Source: Nitrospirota bacterium (GTDB lineage: Bacteria > Nitrospirota > Thermodesulfovibrionia > Thermodesulfovibrionales > UBA1546). Taken from it: a stretch of DNA of 64,000 nucleotides. Under the pieces are notes generated by a model, which saw only the letters and a program-made list of their open reading frames with translations, had not been told where the DNA came from and searched no databases. Below are positions 17,027 through 24,837 of the stretch, in pieces; the stretch's first letter is position 1, and each line of letters opens with the position of its first letter. The stretch is taken from NCBI GenBank assembly GCA_016195565.1, contig JACPZK010000011.1, positions 13,097 to 77,096 of the forward strand. Direction: 5' to 3'. Both the position numbers and the translations under genes were made by a program.

Positions 17027-18450
17027 ATCTCTTCTGCTTTAATCCGCGGGGTTATGAATATGAGAAGTTCTGTTTTATCCTTTGTTTTAGTCTCTTTCTT
17101 GAACAGCCATCCAATCAGAGGAATCCTGGAAAGTAATGGTACTCCAGCCTCTCCCTCTGTTTCTGTCTCTGTATAGATGCCGCCGATAACTATTGTCTCG
17201 CCGTTTTTAACAATGAGATTGGTCTGCGTCTCACGTGTGTTCTTAGGCGGACTTCCCTGAACACTGCGGCTAAAGTCAAATACATCCCTGGATGTCAAAA
17301 TCTTCAGAGATATCTGGTCGTCATTTATCACCCTTGGAGTAACTTTTAACTGCAACAGAGCTTCTTTTTCCGTAACACTCGTAGTAGTAGTCGTTCCAGA
17401 CGTACTCGATGTAGGAATAAGTATGCCTGTGCCGCTCTTGATATAAGCCTCCTGATTGTCAAGAACCATCACCTTCGGGCTTGACAGCGTCCTTGCACTC
17501 CCCTGAGTTTCAAGGGCTGATATCTGGAGGTCAAGTATCGCATTTTTTGTAAGAATACCTATGCCTATTGCTCCGCCGGAACCAAACCCAACCGCAGCCG
17601 GCAGATTTACATTCAAAGCGCTCCCTCCAAAACCAGCGCCTCCTGTTAATGGGATTGTCCCTGTAGTTGTCGTGCCGGGACCTGTAGTGCTTGATGGCAG
17701 CACCCCTACAGTGCCGGTAGTACCTGTTGTGCCGCCACCGGATGTGCCGCCACCAAATATATATGCATCACCGTTCCGGTACATCGTGCCCCACTGTATG
17801 CCCAATTCCCTGCTTGCATTTGTGCTGACCTCAACAATCTTTGCCTCTATCATAATCTGCTTTGTCTTTACATCCACCTGTTTCAAAAGCTGCGTAACCC
17901 TCTCTATTGCAGACGGAATATCCCTTATAACTACCATATTGCTCTTCAGGTCAGAGGCAATGGAACCCCTCTTGCTTAAGACCTTTGTAATAATTCCCTC
18001 AATGTCTTTAGCATTAGCGTATTTAACGGTTGCCGTATAGGTCGCAAGGTCTTCGTCTGCTCCCGAAGAAATCACTCTCACAACATTCCCATCCTTTATG
18101 TATGCAAAGCCCTTGCCCTTTAATATAGAATCAATAGCATCCCATAGAGGGACATTCCTGAGGCTGACTGTCACCTTGCCCGTAACTTTTTCGTCAATAA
18201 TTATGTTTATGCCGTGCTCCTGTCCCAGCGCCCTCAAAACATCGCTCAGTTCAACGTCCCTTAATTCCATTGAGATAGGAGCGCCTTTTTCATTGGCGTA
18301 AGAAGGTGAGAAGTAAGAAGTAAACAGCAAAATAAGAGCAGTAGCGCAGAAGCGCAGAAGCGCAGCAGTAAAAGATTCCTTCACTAAAGACTGCTGCTCT
18401 ATTGCTCTATTGCTCTGTTGCACCCTTGACCCCTCTTTCTGCATTCTCAT
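17023..18450 (-). CDS. pilQ: type IV pilus secretin PilQ
   Basis: secretin C-domain (VPLLSRIPLIGWLFK, ELLIFITPRI); G/T-rich linker; an alternative GTG start at 18384 would give the signal peptide MKESFTAALLRFCATALILLFTSYFSPSYA. Confidence 0.85.
   Translation of the reverse strand: MRMQKEGSRVQQSNRAIEQQSLVKESFTAALLRFCATALILLFTSYFSPSYANEKGAPISMELRDVELSDVLRALGQEHGINIIIDEKVTGKVTVSLRNVPLWDAIDSILKGKGFAYIKDGNVVRVISSGADEDLATYTATVKYANAKDIEGIITKVLSKRGSIASDLKSNMVVIRDIPSAIERVTQLLKQVDVKTKQIMIEAKIVEVSTNASRELGIQWGTMYRNGDAYIFGGGTSGGGTTGTTGTVGVLPSSTTGPGTTTTGTIPLTGGAGFGGSALNVNLPAAVGFGSGGAIGIGILTKNAILDLQISALETQGSARTLSSPKVMVLDNQEAYIKSGTGILIPTSSTSGTTTTTSVTEKEALLQLKVTPRVINDDQISLKILTSRDVFDFSRSVQGSPPKNTRETQTNLIVKNGETIVIGGIYTETETEGEAGVPLLSRIPLIGWLFKKETKTKDKTELLIFITPRIKAEEI
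18306..18422. repeat. triple array: 4x7 (GTGAGAA-type), 4x8 (GCAGNAGC), spacer, 4x8 (CTNNTGCT)
   Basis: units phased by hand; covers the first ~48 codons of pilQ. Confidence 0.85.
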
Positions 18451-19010
18451 TCCTTCGCCTCCTTATCCTCTTTTTTATCTTTACCTTTGTCATCCTTTTT
18501 ATCTTTCACCTCATCATCCATGGCGCTATCTCTACGGGTATCCAGCGCAAACTTCTCTACTCCAAGATAAAACCTTTTGCCATTTTTTTCAAGCGAGACC
18601 CTGTCTTTCGCTATATCCACTATCAGAAAATCATTGACCCTTTCATTCTTCCTGTAAAATCCGCCGTTTATTATTGCCACCGCCTTCTTTCCGTCAGAAA
18701 TTATACCGGTAATCTTCAAGCCTACAAGCATATCTTCTCTAAACGTCTTGCCTTTTAGTTTTGCTATCTTGTCTTCATACCGGATAAATGGGTCCCTGCC
18801 CCACTTTTCTTTTATCGGTTGTTCCAGCGCGTCAAGTTTTATATCCGAGAGGCTCTCAGCATGTGCAAGTGAGAAGTGAAAAGTTAAGAGTAAGATGAGC
18901 CCAGTAGCCCAGTAGCTCAGTAGGGCAGCAGTTAAAGAGAAAGTCTTTGCAGTTGTATCTTCCTGCTGCTCTATTGCTCTACTGCTCTGTTGCTCTATCA
19001 ACCCCTTCAT
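18447..19010 (-). CDS. pilP: PilP-like pilus assembly protein
   Basis: GRDPF motif, beta-rich C-domain, position between pilO and pilQ; K/D-rich tail. Confidence 0.6.
   Translation of the reverse strand: MKGLIEQQSSRAIEQQEDTTAKTFSLTAALLSYWATGLILLLTFHFSLAHAESLSDIKLDALEQPIKEKWGRDPFIRYEDKIAKLKGKTFREDMLVGLKITGIISDGKKAVAIINGGFYRKNERVNDFLIVDIAKDRVSLEKNGKRFYLGVEKFALDTRRDSAMDDEVKDKKDDKGKDKKEDKEAKE
18869..18994. repeat. triple array paralogous to 18306-18422 (4x7, 4x8 GCCCAGTA-type, spacer, 4x8 CTNNTGCT)
   Basis: the last block is 30/32 identical to 18391-18422; the other blocks differ in sequence but keep period and unit number. Confidence 0.85.
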
Positions 19011-19555
19011 TCCTTTTTCCTCAGATACGTCACTGCTTTCAGCAAAGCTACGCCTGAAGGATACAGTGCAGCGTTTGTCTCAAATTTAAGTTCCTGTATA
19101 AGAAATAATTTATGCCTTGTTTCAAGAATCTTAATGAAATCATACAACTCCCTAAACTTTACCCTCAGTTCGATCTTTACCCTTAATTCTATAAATTTAT
19201 TTTTATGCTCAAAACCTTCAGGCGCTATGGATACAAAATCAACATTTGCAATAGTAGCCTCCCTGCTTATAGCCGCTAACATTCCTGAAAGATCTTCCGC
19301 CTCCGGAAGCGTAATCTTTTCTGCGACAGGTTCCTTCGGGAAAGCGGCCTGTGATGCCAATGCTGCATTTGCTGCCTCTATCTCTTTCTTTAAATTCTGA
19401 ATCGCCTGTTTTTTGTTCTTAACACTTACGGATGAAGGCGAATAAAGCAGCATGTATGGAACAATAACGATTATTACTGTAAGCGTTACTATAGCAATCA
19501 GCCTTTCCCTCTGCGAAAGGCTTTCTATCTTACTTTTAATAGCTTTTATGTCCAT
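19007..19555 (-). CDS. pilO: PilO-like pilus assembly protein
   Basis: single N-terminal TM plus coiled coil, operon position. Confidence 0.6.
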   Translation of the reverse strand: MDIKAIKSKIESLSQRERLIAIVTLTVIIVIVPYMLLYSPSSVSVKNKKQAIQNLKKEIEAANAALASQAAFPKEPVAEKITLPEAEDLSGMLAAISREATIANVDFVSIAPEGFEHKNKFIELRVKIELRVKFRELYDFIKILETRHKLFLIQELKFETNAALYPSGVALLKAVTYLRKKE

Positions 19556-19584
19556 ATCTCTAATTCTTAACTCTCAACTCTTTT

Positions 19585-20124
19585 TCATGTCCATCTCATC
19601 TTTGCCTTCAGTTCAAAAGAAATATCCTTGGCGCCTTTCTGCACAAAAACTATCTCAACATCATAGAAATAATGAGACAGCTCAAGCGCGGATATAAAAT
19701 TTGCAACGCCGAGTTGTGCCGCTGAAAATCCTTTTATGTTCATATGCTTTACACCTTTTTCTTCCCGCGATTCAATGGAGGAAAGCCATACATCCTCCGG
19801 CACAACAACTGAGATAGCGCTGAGTGTCTGACTCCATTTTGGAGCCTTCTCCATTGCAATCAATATTTCCTTGTCCACCAACAAAGACGGGGCAACAGTA
19901 ACAGCAGAGAGGGGCTTTATCTGCTGCTGCAGTCCTATTTTCTGTTTATTCAGCTTGTCCATCTCAGCGCCAAGCTTCCTGGCGTTAATAATATTCAAAA
20001 GCCAGAGTCCCATAATTACAACTATATAAACTGAAAGCCCTGCAAGCAGATAATAAAACCAGCCTTTCTTTGCAGGAGCGCCTGCCTTCACCTCAACCTG
20101 CAGAAGATTTAATGTTTCTTTCAT
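19585..20124 (-). CDS. pilN: PilN-like pilus assembly protein
   Basis: N-terminal LNLLQ (INLLP-like) motif, single TM, operon position. Confidence 0.65.
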   Translation of the reverse strand: MKETLNLLQVEVKAGAPAKKGWFYYLLAGLSVYIVVIMGLWLLNIINARKLGAEMDKLNKQKIGLQQQIKPLSAVTVAPSLLVDKEILIAMEKAPKWSQTLSAISVVVPEDVWLSSIESREEKGVKHMNIKGFSAAQLGVANFISALELSHYFYDVEIVFVQKGAKDISFELKAKMRWT

Positions 20125-21074
20125 GAAGCCCTCTTCGCAAGGCCGATTGCCACAGAGAATCGGGGGCCAAGCGGCCTCAGGCTTTCGTCCTTCATAATAA
20201 GGTTATCAAACGGGTTTGGAACACTAACAGGGATATCAAGCATTTGAGAAAAATAATCCCGAACAGCATGATTGATCGCAACACCGCCTGTGAGAATAAC
20301 CTCAGAAAATACCTTCTCTTTAAAAGTTGCCTTGTAATAATCTATTGAAAGGAAAATCTCTCTCAAAAACTGATTCAGCGCCTCTTTCATTCTCTCTGCA
20401 GGGCCGTTCATCATGATATCATCAATCTCTCCTTCAGGGAACCCTTCGCTTATAAGCTGGTTTTTTATTTGTTCGCCTCCCAGTTCAACCGTCCTTGTCA
20501 GCCGTACGGATTCCGACCTCATTATGTCTATCTCCATGCTTCGCGCCCCTATGTCAAGCACTATTATGTTGCCTGAACCGTGCAATGGAAGCGCCCTTAT
20601 AAGGCACAAAGGATTTACATCAACTGCCACAACCTTAAGGCCGGCTTCCTTAAAAGGAGATATATAGCGCCGGACATTTTTCCTCTCGGCAGAGGCAAAG
20701 GTAACAACAATGCCATCCGCAGCCGGGGCTGCTATATAATCATAGACAGCTTCTTCCTGCGGATAAGGCAGCTGCCGTTTTATCTCCCACTTAACAGCTT
20801 CTTTTAATTCGCCCTTGGGCATAGGAGGCAGGTTTATCGTCCTTATAAATGAAAGGTGTCCCGGAATATTAACTACTGTATCTTTGCCAACAATATTTAT
20901 TTCTTTGAAGAAATTTTTCAGTTTGTTTATCAGAAGAGCTTCTTCTTCCCAATCAGAGAAGGGGATATCCATAAATGCGGCGAGAGAAATTTTTTTACCG
21001 TTAAGTCCAATAACTTTAACCGAACCGTCGCCAAGATCCACCCCTAAGGGAGCAGGCTTGAACAATTCAAACAT
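20121..21074 (-). CDS. pilM: type IV pilus assembly ATPase-fold protein PilM
   Basis: actin-like fold translation (GVDLGDGSVKV.., LDIGARS.., LTGGVA). Confidence 0.85.
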   Translation of the reverse strand: MFELFKPAPLGVDLGDGSVKVIGLNGKKISLAAFMDIPFSDWEEEALLINKLKNFFKEINIVGKDTVVNIPGHLSFIRTINLPPMPKGELKEAVKWEIKRQLPYPQEEAVYDYIAAPAADGIVVTFASAERKNVRRYISPFKEAGLKVVAVDVNPLCLIRALPLHGSGNIIVLDIGARSMEIDIMRSESVRLTRTVELGGEQIKNQLISEGFPEGEIDDIMMNGPAERMKEALNQFLREIFLSIDYYKATFKEKVFSEVILTGGVAINHAVRDYFSQMLDIPVSVPNPFDNLIMKDESLRPLGPRFSVAIGLAKRAS

Positions 21075-21304
21075 TAACGCCCCTTAACCTTAAAATAATG
21101 CGCCATGAAAAACATAAAGAGCGAAATGAGGATGAGTGATACGCCAAATCCAATCCTGTAGGAAAACGTAGCAGTGTCAATCTGGGCTATCATCTTCTTA
21201 GAGTACTCATTGAATTTTCTTAAAACCCCGGGAGCAAACAGCAGCAAGAGCCCCATTACTCCGGCAAGAATAGCAATAATCGTAGAAAAATCACCCATTT
21301 TCAT
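21074..21304 (-). CDS. small two-TM membrane protein
   Basis: 76-aa hydrophobic ORF; stop overlaps the pilM start. Confidence 0.45.
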   Translation of the reverse strand: MKMGDFSTIIAILAGVMGLLLLFAPGVLRKFNEYSKKMIAQIDTATFSYRIGFGVSLILISLFMFFMAHYFKVKGR

Positions 21305-21427
21305 ACCTTCACCCTCCCACCTAAAGTTTTACTTTAAAAGTATAGCTATTACCGCATAGAATGTCAAGGTATTCCCCAAGTTTTGCCAGTCAAGACAAAA
21401 CTGCGGCGGATTGTATATAATGTAAAA

Positions 21428-21595
21428 ATGAAATGCAGAGAATGTGAAAGCGATTTAAAACTGCATACATACTGAAGAACAGTGGCTCTTCGCTGCATGG
21501 AATGCGGCAAAGAATACCCGCTAAAAGAGTATCTTGACGAGATAGACGAAGAGACATGGGAAAAGATATCCCTTCGTCCATGCAATAGAGTTTAG
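21428..21595 (+). pseudogene. 55-codon dual-CxxC zinc-ribbon ORF interrupted by in-frame TGA (pseudogene or recoded)
   Basis: MKCRECESDLKLHTY-TGA(21473-21475)-RTVALRCMECGKEYPLKEYLDEIDEETWEKISLRPCNRV*; the two CxxC pairs lie on either side of the TGA. Confidence 0.35.
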
Positions 21596-21630
21596 AGTGA
21601 ACGACTTAGATAAGTTGACAATGACAGCGT

Positions 21631-21694
21631 GTCATTGCGAACGAAGTGAAGCAATCTCAATAGATTGCCGCGTCGCTGCGCTCCTCGCAATGAC
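21631..21694. repeat. type-A palindromic element
   Basis: gtcattgcgaacgaagtgaagcaatctc..agattgcc..ctcctcgcaatgac. Confidence 0.8.
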
Positions 21695-21752
21695 AACTTT
21701 CTTTTGGCGTTGACTATAGTATCTAATCTCGCTATTACAAAACAACACTAAA

Positions 21753-21828
21753 GGGCGGTTAGCTCAGCTGGGAGAGCGCCACGTTCGCAACGTGGAAGTC
21801 GGGGGTTCGAATCCCCTACCGTCCACCA
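21753..21828 (+). tRNA. tRNA-Ala (anticodon CGC), CCA encoded
   Basis: hand-folded cloverleaf 7/4/5/5 bp; anticodon loop TTCGCAA; G3:U70 identity pair; TTCGAAT T-loop; T-run follows. Confidence 0.9.
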
Positions 21829-22030
21829 TTTTTTCTTGCGCCTATTGACCCCGTTAGAAAACAAGTCCTGTCATTATATGGCGGGGTATAAAAATATACT
21901 TGGACGGGGTTCAAGCTCCGCCCCAATTTTCTAACGGGGTTGACCTCTCTCATCTTAAACTCTATAATGTCTTAACCCGAATAATGCATTTTGGGGGTTA
22001 AAATTATCAGACAGAATGGAGGCGCTATTC

Positions 22031-22282
22031 ATGCAAAAAAAATTCTTTCTATTAGCAGTCCTGTCTATTCTTCTTGTCTTTAGTCCTGCCTTCTCCGCAG
22101 ACAAAGACAGCTTCCAGATAAAGAAACAGCCCGAGATACAGCAGGTAAAACCGAAGAAGCCTGTTAAGATAAAACTGAAGCGCTCTGCCGAAGGTAAATA
22201 TTCGTGGGAGCTTTCAGGAGATGATACTGATGAACTTGTGCGGGCGGATAAGAGGCTGAGAAAATTGTTGAAGATAGAATGA
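22031..22282 (+). CDS. small secreted Lys-rich protein
   Basis: signal peptide MQKKFFLLAVLSILLVFSPAFSA; chosen over the antisense ORF 21955-22287. Confidence 0.45.
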   Translation: MQKKFFLLAVLSILLVFSPAFSADKDSFQIKKQPEIQQVKPKKPVKIKLKRSAEGKYSWELSGDDTDELVRADKRLRKLLKIE

Positions 22283-22321
22283 AACACGTAATTATGTTAT
22301 ATTCACATTCGTGGAGGTTTT

Positions 22322-23515
22322 ATGAAAATAGTTCTTGCATATTCCGGAGGGCTTGATACTTCTGTTGCCATAAAATGGCTTAAGGAGACATACAATGCAG
22401 AAGTCATTGCCTTCTGCGCGGACCTCGGACAGGGAGAAGACCTTAATGCCGTAAAAAAGAAAGCATTGAGAACCGGAGCCTCAAAAGTATACGTTGAAGA
22501 CCTGAAAGAAGAATTCGTCAGAAATTATGTCTTCCCAATGTTACGGGCAAATGCAGTTTATGAAGGGGCCTATCTGCTTGGCACATCAATAGCAAGGCCG
22601 TTAATTGCTAAAAAACAAATAGAGATTGCAAAAAAAGAAAAGGCGGATGCGGTATCCCACGGCGCCACAGGAAAGGGCAACGATCAGGTGAGGTTTGAAC
22701 TCACCTACTATGCGCTGAAACCTGATATAAAAGTAATAGCTCCGTGGCGTGAATGGCCTTTTAATTCAAGGCAGTCGTTAATCAAATATGCAGCAAAGCA
22801 AAATATTCCTGTTCCTGTGACAAAGGCTAAACCTTACAGCACTGACAGAAATCTCTTTCATATAAGCTATGAGGGAGGAATTCTTGAAGATCCAGGGGCA
22901 GAGCCTCCAAAGGATATGTTTACCATGCTTGTCCCTCCTGAAAAGGCGCCGGATAAAGTTACGTATATTGAGATAAGTTATGAGAAAGGAAACCCGGTTG
23001 CCATAAACGGCAAAAAAATGTCTCCGGCAAAACTTCTTGAAAAACTTAATTCAATAGCAGGAAAGAATGGAATAGGCAGGGCTGATATAGTTGAAAACAG
23101 ATACGTCGGAATAAAATCACGCGGGGTTTATGAAACACCCGGCGGCACAGTCCTTCATATCGCACACAGGGCCATTGAATCAATAACGCTCGACAGGGAA
23201 GTTATGCATCTCAGGGATTCATTGACGCCCAAGTATGCCGAGCTTGTATATTACGGATACTGGTTTTCTCCGGAGAGAAAGATACTCCAGACGATGATAG
23301 ATGAAGCTCAGGAAGCTGTCACAGGCGCGGTGAGGCTTAAGCTCTATAAGGGAAACTGTCAGGTTGTCGGAAGAAAATCGCCGGAATCCCTTTATCAGCC
23401 CGAACTTGCGACTTTTGAGGCAGAGAAGGTTTATAACCAGAGGGATGCCGAGGGATTTATAAAGTTGAACGCATTAAGACTGAAAATAAATTCAAAGGTG
23501 AGAGGTTTAAAATAA
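22322..23515 (+). CDS. argG: argininosuccinate synthase
   Basis: AYSGGLDTS and full-length ArgG-like translation. Confidence 0.95.
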   Translation: MKIVLAYSGGLDTSVAIKWLKETYNAEVIAFCADLGQGEDLNAVKKKALRTGASKVYVEDLKEEFVRNYVFPMLRANAVYEGAYLLGTSIARPLIAKKQIEIAKKEKADAVSHGATGKGNDQVRFELTYYALKPDIKVIAPWREWPFNSRQSLIKYAAKQNIPVPVTKAKPYSTDRNLFHISYEGGILEDPGAEPPKDMFTMLVPPEKAPDKVTYIEISYEKGNPVAINGKKMSPAKLLEKLNSIAGKNGIGRADIVENRYVGIKSRGVYETPGGTVLHIAHRAIESITLDREVMHLRDSLTPKYAELVYYGYWFSPERKILQTMIDEAQEAVTGAVRLKLYKGNCQVVGRKSPESLYQPELATFEAEKVYNQRDAEGFIKLNALRLKINSKVRGLK

Positions 23516-23516
23516 A

Positions 23517-23572
23517 ATTCAAGATTCAAGATTCAAGATTCAAGAATTTTGAGTTTTGAATATTGAATTCTC
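23517..23572. repeat. paired heptamer array: 4 x ATTCAAG then 4 x ANTNTTG (hairpin, no spacer)
   Basis: four perfect ATTCAAG units begin 2 nt after the argG stop. Confidence 0.9.
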
Positions 23573-23595
23573 ATGAAGTGAGTACTTATAAAATT

Positions 23596-24681
23596 ATGTC
23601 CGACCCTAAATTCTGGATTGCGCTGAGTGATGTGCCTGATATCGGGCCTGTGACGGCAAGAAAACTGCTTGCTATCTATAAAAAACCCGAGGCCGTCTTT
23701 AAAGCTCCGTATAAAGAACTGGCCAATATCCGCGGCATAGGCCCTGCAAAAGCAAAAAACATAAAAGGATATTCAGAATGGGGAAAGATAGATGTTCAGC
23801 TTAAAAAACTTGACGCCGGCGGAATAAAAATAGTTACTTTCAGCAATAAGGATTATCCTGAAACGCTGAAGAATATAGTGGACGCTCCGATTGTACTTTA
23901 CATCAAAGGGACCATCCAGAAAGAAGACAGATACGCTGTTGCGATTGTCGGTTCAAGAAAATACAGTTCGTATGGAAAGCTTGCCGCTGAAAAATTATCC
24001 TCTGAGCTTTCCTCTATGGGATTTACCATTGTGAGCGGTATGGCAAGAGGAATTGATACTCTGGCGCACACTGCCGCTATTAATTCAGGCGGCAGAAGCA
24101 TTGCTGTTCTGGGCTCAGGGATTGACGTGCCATATCCTCCTGAGAACAGAGGGTTAATGGAAAAATTAGCAGCTTCAGGATATGTTATAAGCGAATTTCC
24201 GCCCGGCACATCGCCTGAAAGAGAAAATTTCCCGAAAAGGAACAGGATAATAAGCGGATTGTCCCTGGGTGTGCTTGTTGTGGAAGCAACTGCTGACAGC
24301 GGCTCACTGATAACGGCAAGCTGCGCACTGGAACAGGGGAAGGAGATTTTTGCAGTGCCGGGCAATATAAACTCTGTAAACTCAAACGGCACAAATGAGC
24401 TGATTAAGAAAGGGGCAAAACTCGCGCAGAGCGCAGAGGATGTAATAGAAGAACTTGCGCCTGTCCTGAAGGGTTACATACGGACAAGAGAAAAGGCAAA
24501 CATAGAGCTTCCGGTTGAAGAAAAAAGACTTTGTGATATAATGACAGCAGAACCTAAGCATGTTGATATGCTTTCAAGGGAAAGCAAGATGCCTGCGCAA
24601 AAAGTGCTTGGAATCCTTCTCAGCCTTGAATTAAAAGGGATTGTGAAGCAAGCGGAAGGAAAGAAATTTTTTCTTGCATGA
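23596..24681 (+). CDS. dprA: DNA-processing protein DprA
   Basis: GMARGIDTLAH, Rossmann-like core, C-terminal wHTH; ATG 23596 preferred over the array-encoded TTG 23563. Confidence 0.85.
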   Translation: MSDPKFWIALSDVPDIGPVTARKLLAIYKKPEAVFKAPYKELANIRGIGPAKAKNIKGYSEWGKIDVQLKKLDAGGIKIVTFSNKDYPETLKNIVDAPIVLYIKGTIQKEDRYAVAIVGSRKYSSYGKLAAEKLSSELSSMGFTIVSGMARGIDTLAHTAAINSGGRSIAVLGSGIDVPYPPENRGLMEKLAASGYVISEFPPGTSPERENFPKRNRIISGLSLGVLVVEATADSGSLITASCALEQGKEIFAVPGNINSVNSNGTNELIKKGAKLAQSAEDVIEELAPVLKGYIRTREKANIELPVEEKRLCDIMTAEPKHVDMLSRESKMPAQKVLGILLSLELKGIVKQAEGKKFFLA

Positions 24682-24747
24682 ATATTGTGGAAAATAAGCC
24701 AAATATAATATTTTTGCTTATTTTCTCATGTGCGAAATCTCTCATTT

Positions 24748-24802
24748 GTCATTCCCGCTTGCCGGGAATCCTTCTGAAAGATTCCGGACAAGCCAGAATG
24801 AC
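24748..24802. repeat. type-B palindromic element
   Basis: gtcattcccgcttgccgggaatcc...attccggacaagccagaatgac. Confidence 0.8.
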
Positions 24803-24837
24803 AGAATTAAGCAGTAAATTAGGAGGTAATTGAATAA

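Noticed and set aside
21880-21924. tRNA-like fragment or att site (GGGGTTCAAGCTCC resembles a T-arm) downstream of tRNA-Ala
   Set aside because: Attempted acceptor and T-stem pairings fail beyond 4 bp. There is no integrase and no duplicated tRNA 3' end. The downstream genes are core (argG, dprA, topA).
24690-24725. 10-bp inverted repeat (GAAAATAAGC...GCTTATTTTC) after dprA as a rho-independent terminator
   Set aside because: The stem is AT-rich, the loop is 16 nt and no U-tract follows. The loop contains TATAAT and may be promoter DNA for topA instead. Too weak to call either way.
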